Shown here in pieces: positions 56,062 to 64,000 of a DNA stretch of 64,000 bases. Every line of letters begins with the position of its first letter. Positions within the stretch are counted from its first letter, which is position 1. Made by a program: the position numbers and the translations under genes. A model generated the notes under the pieces. The model did not search any database. It had not been told where the DNA came from and saw nothing but the letters and a program-made list of their open reading frames with translations. Source of the stretch: Saprolegnia diclina VS20 (taxonomy: Eukaryota); NCBI RefSeq assembly GCF_000281045.1, contig NW_008246087.1:457253-521252 (forward strand), written 5' to 3'.

Positions 56062-59000
56062 CTACGGACGCTCTTCCTTGTGTGTCGGGAGCGTCGACGA
56101 CGACGATGGCGTCTCGAGCGAGTCTTGCGACTTGAGCTGGCGACTGCTGTTGGAGCAAATCGAGTCGGTCGACGTCGGGTCAAACCCTTGCTCGAGCAAC
56201 TCGCGGCGCTTCTCTTCCGAGCGCTTGCCGCGGATCTTCTTGACAATGGCTTGCGCGTCGCCCTCCTTGAGCGAGTCGAGGCCCTTGCGCTGCTGCTTGG
56301 AGGACGCCAGCGCCTCCATGCGCTTGCGCGTTTCGGCTTCGCGCCGCACGCGCTTCTCTTCGGCGATACGCTTGCGCTCATTGTCGCGGTCGGCGGCCGC
56401 CAGCATTTGCCCAAAGCTCACAAAGATCGAGAAGAACGAGTCCGGACCACACCCTGCCGCGTCCGGGTCTTCGCCAAACCACTGCACACACTCGTTGAAC
56501 GTCTTCATCATGGCTTCAAATTCTTCCACGACCTTGGCCGACGTCGCGACCGACTTCTCCGCAAACTAGACACATATAAGAACTTGTAGTAGCATCGACA
56601 CCATCCACGTACCGGTGCAATGGCGTCCTGAAACTTGTCGTTCTCGGCAATCGACGGCAGCTTGGCGTGCAGTTCGAGCTCCGAGACGACCGTCGACGAC
56701 GCCTTCTTGATCGCAGCCTCGCCCGCCTTGAGCACTTGCAGCGTCACGCGACTCGCTTCGTTGAGCGCCTCGAGCTGGTCCGTAAACGTGAGCCACTCGG
56801 GGTTCTTCTTGCGCAGCACGATCGCCAGGTAGTTGAGGAGCGTCATCGAGTTGTCGGCCGCCTTGACTTGCACGAGCTTGAGCAAAATGCTCAGCTTGAA
56901 GCCCTGCGCGCCGCCTGGATGCATACACCATGACAATCCATTCTGCAAAGCACAAGGTGCCACGTACCGCGCGGGGTGCCTTCGTTGAGCGTGTTGCCGA
57001 GTGCGAGGACAAGCTTGAGGATCTCGGGAATCGCTGCGTTGGCCTTGAGCGCCGCGCACGTCGCGTTGACACTTTCGATGAGCCGCCGTTGCTCCTAGCA
57101 CGGCCCAGTCAGCAACTTGGTCCTTCCAGAGGCGCGCGATACCTCGACGTTGGCGTCAAACTGCCACGTCGCGAGCACGGCCTGGAGCCGGGTCGCGTAC
57201 CGGGGCACCGATGAAATCTCCAAGTAGTACTGTTCGGCGTCGCCCAAGAGCTTGACTTCGCCCGTGTACGCCTTGACCGTCTCGAGCTCTTCGCCTTCGG
57301 GCGCAAACTGGATGAGCGCCGCAATCTTTTCGGTCGTGAGCACGTCGCGATCAATCTCGAGTACGGCGCGCTTGATCTCGGGGTACGGCAGCCGGAAGCG
57401 GGCGAGCATGATGCCTACAGGGTGATTGTCATACGGTGCGAGTCGCGACAACACACGCACCGAGGTTGTTGGCGCGCTTGGCGTCAATGAGCGCGACACG
57501 CGTCGCGACCTTCTTCTTGGCGGCCGGCTTTTTCTTTTCCTTGTCGACCGCCGGCGGCGCCGACGCGAACAGCGTCGTGAGCGAGTCGAGCTCCTTCTGG
57601 TGCTCGTCCGAGAGCCTAGTGCGCCCGACACATTGAGAATGACAAACGATACAAATAAGAATCCGTACTCGATCTTGGACCAGAGCGACGTCTCGGTGGG
57701 CGCGGCCATTGGCTCCCAGTACAAGTTGCGGAGCTTGGGCTTGGCCTTGACCTTGGCGACAAACTTGACCACGTTGACCGCCACGTTGGCGCTCAGCGGC
57801 TTGGCCACCGGCACGACGGCGTCGGGTGTTGCCAAGAGAGCCGGGTTGAGGCCCTCGGCTTGCATCTTGAGCTCGATTTGCGGCAGCGGCATGCCCATGG
57901 CCTTGAGCTTGAGGTACTTGGCGTAGTCGGGGTGGTCCTTGACGAGGACGTCGGCGGGCGGCGCGGGCGCCTCCTCTTCCTTCTCCGGGATCAGCTTGTC
58001 CGGCGTCGCGAGTAGCGACGTGTCGAGGTTCTCAGCCTTCATCTTGAGCTCAATCTGCGGCGGCGGCATGCCCATCTTCTGCAGCTTGAAGAACTTGGCA
58101 TACTTGGGATGATCCTTGACCGCCAGCATCACTGGCTGCGCAGGCGCAGCAGGTGCCTCTTCGTCCTTCTCAGGAATCATCTTGTCGGGAGTCGAGAGCA
58201 AGGTCACGTCACAGCCTTCCGCCTTCATCTTGAGCTCAATCTGCGGCGGCGGCATGCCCATCTTCTGCAGCTTGAAGAACTTGGCGTACTTGGGATGATC
58301 TTTGACCGCGATCAAGACAGGACCCGCCGGCACCGGCTCGTCCTTCTCTGGGATCATCTTGTCGGGTGTCGACAGCAACGAGACATCGCAGCCTTCCGCC
58401 TTCATCTTGAGCTCGATTTGGGGTGGCGGCATGCCCATCTTCATGAGCTTGAAGAACTTGGCGTACTTGGGGTGATCCTTGACCGCAACCATGTCCGGGC
58501 CAGCCGGTGCCGGCGCCTCTTCTTCCTTCTCCGGGATCATCTTGTCGGGNNNNNNNNNNNNNNNNNNNNNNNNNNNNNNNNNNNNNNNNNNNNNNNNNNN
58601 NNNNNNNNNNNNNNNNNNNNNNNNNNNNNNNNNNNNNNNNNNNNNNNNNNNNNNNNNNNNNNNNNNNNNNNNNNNNNNNNNNNNNNNNNNNNNNNNNNNN
58701 NNNNNNNNNNNNNNNNNNNNNNNNNNNNNNNNNNNNNNNNNNNNNNNNNNNNNNNNNNNNNNNNNNNNNNNNNNNNNNNNNNNNNNNNNNNNNNNNNNNN
58801 NNNNNNNNNNNNNNNNNNNNNNNNNNNNNNNNNNNNNNNNNNNNNNNNNNNNNNNNNNNNNNNNNNNNNNNNNNNNNNNNNNNNNNNNNNNNNNNNNNNN
58901 NNNNNNNNNNNNNNNNNNNNNNNNNNNNNNNNNNNNNNNNNNNNNNNNNNNNNNNNNNNNNNNNNNNNNNNNNNNNNNNNNNNNNNNNNNNNNNNNNNNN

Positions 59001-62000
59001 NNNNNNNNNNNNNNNNNNNNNNNNNNNNNNNNNNNNNNNNNNNNNNNNNNNNNNNNNNNNNNNNNNNNNNNNNNNNNNNNNNNNNNNNNNNNNNNNNNNN
59101 NNNNNNNNNNNNNNNNNNNNNNNNNNNNNNNNNNNNNNNNNNNNNNNNNNNNNNNNNNNNNNNNNNNNNNNNNNNNNNNNNNNNNNNNNNNNNNNNNNNN
59201 NNNNNNNNNNNNNNNNNNNNNNNNNNNNNNNNNNNNNNNNNNNNNNNNNNNNNNNNNNNNNNNNNNNNNNNNGGGTCAGCCACCAGCTTCGCCGGATCAC
59301 TGAGGATGCTCGGGTCGACGCCTTCCGACTGCATCTTGAGCTCGACCTGCATCGCCGGCATGCCCATCTTCATGAGCTTGAAGAACTTGGCGTACTTGGG
59401 GTGCTCCTTGATCGGGATCATGGCCGGACCCGCGGGGGCCGCCGGTGGCACGTCGACGGGCAACTGCTTGTCGGGTGTGTCAAGCATCGACGCGTCGACG
59501 CCTTCGCTGGAGGCCTTGAGCTTGACGTGCTCGAGCGGCATACCCATTTTGAGCAACTTGAAAAACTTGGCAAACGTCGGGTGCTCACTCGCCTGGACCG
59601 TCGTCGGCGCCGGCGCCGGTGCCGTCGTCGTCATGGTGGGTGGCGGCAACGGCTTGCCATCGTCGTCGACAAACATACCCGGCTGCTCGAGGACACTCGC
59701 ATTCATCCCGTCGGCTTGCATCTTCATCTGGACTTGGAAGAGCGGCATGCCCATCTTCTGGAGCTTAAAGTACTTTTGAAGCGCAGGCGACGCGTCCGCG
59801 CGGGTGCCGGCGACCGGCGTCAGCATTTGGAGGCCCGTACTGAGCCCCATCGTGCGTTGGATCTCGACCAGCGACACGCCCTTTTGCAGCATATTTACGA
59901 CCTTGGCCCGGAACGCACTCTCGGCGCTCTCTTCAGGGTCCGCGACCGAGTTGTCGTCGTCGTCGTCGTCATCGGACGTCGTGAGTTCGTCGCTGAGCTC
60001 ATCGTGCGGCGCGCGGTTGCGAAGGAGCTCGATCGGGCCCATGGGAAAGCTGCTTGTTGAGAGCTCGGGCGCCGTCTCCATGAGGTACGCCGTAAACTTG
60101 TCGCGGGCGCTCAAGAGCCGCTTCCGGTCGTCAAAGCTGAGCTCGTACCGGCGCACTTCGTCGACGGGCGAGAGAAGCGCAATTTCCTTCGTGACGCGCT
60201 CGCACATGGCCCACATCTCCTTGCCGAGCACTTGGTCGGCCGGGATGAAGAGCAATTGCTGGAGGATCGAGAGGAAGCAGTTGCGCAGCTCTTCGTCGAG
60301 CACAACGCGCGTCATGATGGACGCCACGACGCTGTCGAGCGACGAGAGGTCCGTCGTGCCGTACAGCGTGTTCTTGCGGTCGTCCTCCATAAAGACTTCA
60401 AACACCTCCATCTGCCGCTCCATGTTGTCCAGCTGCTCGCGAATTTGGAGTTCGGTCGCAGAGAGCGCACTCGGGTCATCTTCGTCGCTCTCGGAACCGC
60501 TGCCGTCGTCCAAGCCAAACGACGGCGACTCGGCCCACGGGTCGTTCACCGGTCCACTCGAATGGACGGGCGACTCGACCGACACGAGCGGCTCGGGCAG
60601 CGCAGCCTTCTTGCCCGCGACGCCAATCTTGACGGTGGGCGGAAGCCCAGGTACCGACGTCTGCCGCACGGCCGGCGATGGCGGCGGGAGGCTCAGCGAC
60701 GGTGGACGCATGCCCGGTGACGGCAAGTACGATCCCGGCGACGGCAGACCTTGCGAGCTCTGACGCCCCATGACCGGTGGCGGCGGCGTCGAGGGCTTGG
60801 CCACCGGGGACATGGGCGGGGTCGACGGCTTGGGTTTCTTCTTCTTGCTCTTCTTGATCGGGTCCTTGATCGTGCCAGCCTTGGCGTACATGGCCATGCT
60901 CTTCATGCGGATCTCCTCGAAGTACTCGCTGATGCCGAGTGCGACAAAGTCCTGTCGGATCTCAATGCGGCTCTCGACGCGGAGACCCTTGTTGACGAGG
61001 ATGTTGATGAAGCTGAGCACGTCTTCTTTGAAAAGCAAGTTGTAGCGCGTCGACTTGAGCGCGTCACGGAGGCACGTGAACCGGATCATCTCGCCTTTGA
61101 CCTCCTTGTAGTTGCTAAAGCTGTGCACGACGCTTTGGTGGCCTTCGGCGCTGTTGTAGCAAATGATGCCGAGCACTTGGAGCGTGATCTTCTTGACGTC
61201 GCTGCTCTCGGTGTGGAAGCAGAGCGCGAGGCGGTCGACGAGCCCGAGCGTGCTCGTGATCGCGTCAATGCCACTGGCAAAGTGCGAGAGCGACAGCAAA
61301 ATGCGGATAATGTTTTCGCAAAACCGGCTCGCTTTCTCAAAGCTCTTGTAGTGGTGCTCAATTGAGAACGGCGACGGCTCGGGCATCTTCATTGTGAGGT
61401 AGTCGAGACCGTACGAGACGACAAACTGGTCGGTCCACTCGGCCGTGCTCGACGCGATCTTGCGGTGCAGCGTCTCGAGGAGTGCGAGGCCCTTGTTGTC
61501 CCAATGCAGCTCGACGAGCGCCTCGGCGATCTTGATCGCGTCGGCAATGTAGCCCTGGCTGCTCTCGTCGTTCTCGTGCTGCTTGGCCGACCACACAATG
61601 CTCCACTTGTTCTCCAAGCTCTCGATGCGCACGAGCTCGTCGAGGACGTCTTCCGGCACGTTGCGCTTCATGAGCAGCTCGCGGTACATGTCGTTGACAA
61701 TGTCGGGCGCTGGCAACGGCGGCATGTCGACCTTCTTGGCCTTACTCTCGGTCGACGTCGGCAGCCGGTCTTTGAAGAAACCACGAAAGTAGTTGAGCTT
61801 GTCCTGGAACGACCCGTCTTGGGCCGAGGCGGACGTGATGGTCGGGGGCGGCGGCGCCGTTGTCATCGAATGCGCCGTCGACGACGACAAGCCCGGGAGG
61901 CTCATGCTCGCGGCGCGGAGAAAGCCCGAGAAACCCTTGGGTTTCGCGGGCTCGGCGTCCTGCACCTCGGGCTCGCGCTTGAACTCGAGCCGCAGTGGCC

Positions 62001-62475
62001 ACGCCATCGGGTTGTCCTGCAGCTGCGCGGCCAAGTCGACGATCGCGTCGAACGGCATGTCGTCGACCTTGGTATCGTGGAGCTGCACGAGAATGTCCTT
62101 CTCCTTGACCCGCCCCGTGCTCTGCGATACTGGTGAGAATATGAGAGGACGATGCGACCGTCTACCTCGATGTAGCCCTTCTTGCCATGGCGGTTGGGCT
62201 TGAAACCCTTGACGACGGCGCCACGCTGCGGGTGGACGTTGGCTGAGAAGCGCGCCTTGAGGTCGAGTCCGAGCGGCCCGCGCTCGGGCACCTCGACCGT
62301 GAAGACGAGCGCGCGCTGGCCCGAGCCCGTGCTCGAGTAGATGCTGCGCAAGGCTGCGGTCGCCGCCGTCGAGCCGCCCTCGGCGTTCCCACTGCTCGAG
62401 TTGGATCTCCTCCTACGCCAAGTGCACCTTGCTCATCTTGCTCGTCCTCGATGCATGCACGTACAGGTAGTTCAT
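56062..62475 (-). CDS. Formin: PDZ, GBD/FH3, CCDC53-like repeats, FH2 (spans a gap)
   Basis: PDZ GPLGLDL..AVVKGF; GBD/FH3 (ENKWSIV, FINILVN..RIEIRQDF); FH2 motifs KLRNLYW, LIDAKRANN.GIML, LALGNTLNEG, GFKLSILLKL..K, TLLNYL. ATG 62475 then a short intron. Confidence 0.9.
57830..59780 (-). repeat. Coding tandem repeat, ~180-bp unit (KDHPKYAKFFKL.KMGMP..Q.ELKM..EG.D..LL.TPDK)
   Basis: Seven visible copies (three on the 5' side of the gap, four on the 3' side), several near-identical at DNA level. Confidence 0.93.
58550..59272. other. Assembly gap (723 N) inside the formin repeat array
   Basis: Run of N; length is about 4 repeat units. Confidence 1.
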
Positions 62476-62772
62476 GACCCTGCCCCGCCGGAACGAAAGT
62501 CAATGACGTATCCAGGCCGCCCCAGACTCCCGCTTGGTCGTGTTTCAAACACCCATCTGTACTTGAACTTGTGCTTTGTATTTGTTTTGTATATTGAAAA
62601 CAACAGATCTGTATAAAACAGTGCGAAGTTTTGGCCCACTAACTTGACATTTGTATGGTGCGCAAAAGGTCGGATCGGTGCCGGTTCAACGCAGCTCTAT
62701 GCTATAAGAACCAGTTTATGGCTGACCTCACGACAGGAGATGGTCAGCGGGCAGCCGCGCTTCACCCACCGG

Positions 62773-62811
62773 TACGCCAGCTATGTACGCCAGCTATGCA
62801 CGCCAGCTATG
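62773..62811. repeat. 13-bp tandem repeat x3 ((t/c)acgccagctatg)
   Basis: Direct reading; intergenic, upstream of the formin. Confidence 0.9.
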
Positions 62812-63769
62812 TGATAAACCAACTGCATTTTTGCAAGCCCCGACCACCTTGAAGATAGATCTATGGACCACAATCGCCAGTGGTTCTAGAACCCGCCTTT
62901 CTCCCGATCGCTGCGATCGAACGCACGTAGGAGTAGGTGCGCTCCGCTACGATGAGCGTGACTTTGGTTGGGCATGCACCCTCTTGGACCTCGTCGAACC
63001 GAGGTGCAGGAGGTGGCGGCTCGGTGCAAAGTGGCCGGTGCGGCGACGGGAGCTGTCGCATTTTGGCCAATCCATGCGCTTGCGTTTAGAAACACAGACT
63101 ACGATTGGTGCCTGCGAAAGATTTATTGGGCGGGATGGGCGAGCCAGCGTTCGACGCGGCGCACCTACGCTAGCGCTACCGTACGAACGAACTAGTAACT
63201 CGCTTTGCTTGTACGAGTACTTGACCATGGCTCCTCCAACGTACTGTATCCGACATGTACTGATATCCCATGGACATTATTGTCGACGAGGCCAGTTTGA
63301 GGGCGAGGACGGCGATGCATCGAGAGCCTGTGGCGTTGCACCTTGCCGGTGCGAATGACTTTGACGCAGCTGAGCAACGCAGCTGAACGACGCTAGGTCG
63401 CGTGCGCCGTCAGCCACCTAGAAGCAAGTTGCACCTTCCACGTGGCACTGTGGGCAAGCACGAGATCGGACACGTGGCAGCATCAGCGGCCAGCACGACG
63501 TTAGCGCGCGTTTGGTTGACAAGGCGTCGATCCTGCCTCGTTGCCGAACCCTCGAGACGCACAATGGGGCCAGTGCTGTATCATGCACATGCTGTCCACA
63601 GCATGACACACGCACCTTCTCGTGCGATGATGGTCCGTGGCGTCTTCCATAATCGGTGGTCGACATGGCTTGTCTTCGTAGTTGGGTGAGCATGACCCAA
63701 CAACGATCGTCGGCGTCTTCCTTGGACGCCGACGATCCAAGCGCAACACGCTGTGTACCACTGTCCTTG

Positions 63770-64000
63770 TTAATAAATACTCGAGCGGGGTGGCCGCTTC
63801 TTCTTCGCGCCTTGTGTCGGCGCCGACGCCTCGGACCGGCGCCACTCGCGAGGTGTCGTCCAGAGCGCTTTAAAGAACCGGCCGACGTGGTCGCCGATCT
63901 CAAAGAACCGGAGGCCGTCGCGTACATAGGGGTGCTTCATGACGGTCTTCATCGCTGGTCGGCGCTTCGGGTCGACATCGAGGAGCTTCTTGAGGAGGTG
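63770..64000 (-). CDS. C-terminal end of a Ser/Thr protein kinase (starts beyond the window)
   Basis: HLLKKLLDVDPKRRPAMKTVMKHPYV matches kinase subdomain XI. Confidence 0.8.
   Translation of the reverse strand, partial: HLLKKLLDVDPKRRPAMKTVMKHPYVRDGLRFFEIGDHVGRFFKALWTTPREWRRSEASAPTQGAKKKRPPRSSIY

Noticed and set aside
57830..59780. Regularly spaced repeats resembling a CRISPR array
   Set aside because: They are in-frame ~180-bp protein-coding repeats in a eukaryotic formin, with no unique spacers or cas genes.
62600..63760. ORFs at 62783-63358 and 63418-63927
   Set aside because: No recognisable motifs; likely the intergenic or UTR region between the kinase and the formin.
1..64000. tRNA, rRNA or other structured RNA genes
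   Set aside because: None recognised by eye; tRNAscan-SE and Infernal would be needed to exclude them.

Overview
Eukaryotic, gene-dense, GC-rich DNA with many short (~40-55 nt) GT-AG introns and two assembly gaps (27054-27408, 58550-59272). Gene content and promoter motifs point to an oomycete, most likely Saprolegnia or a close relative (inference). The ORF track uses TTG/GTG starts and ignores introns, so gene models were rebuilt by hand. Housekeeping genes: pinin/SAP protein, MED6, MEP50/WDR77-like WD40, DYRK kinase, mitochondrial EF-Tu, IFT22, a PHD/chromo-barrel protein and a PDZ formin. The accessory part (~15-51 kb) holds five paralogous LRR receptor-like TKL kinases, three copies of an unknown multi-TM family (one interrupted by a TIR DNA transposon), a decayed L1-like retroelement with an archaeal-type RNase H, and an SK-type channel homologue. 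Main leads: (1) the receptor kinases share an unnamed Cys-rich cap and lack a visible signal peptide, and in paralog 5, mapped exon by exon, each LRR sits on its own frame-preserving phase-2 micro-exon; (2) the SK-like channel appears to lack the GYG filter; (3) the formin has CCDC53-like repeats where FH1 normally sits; (4) a chromo-barrel domain is inserted inside a PHD finger.
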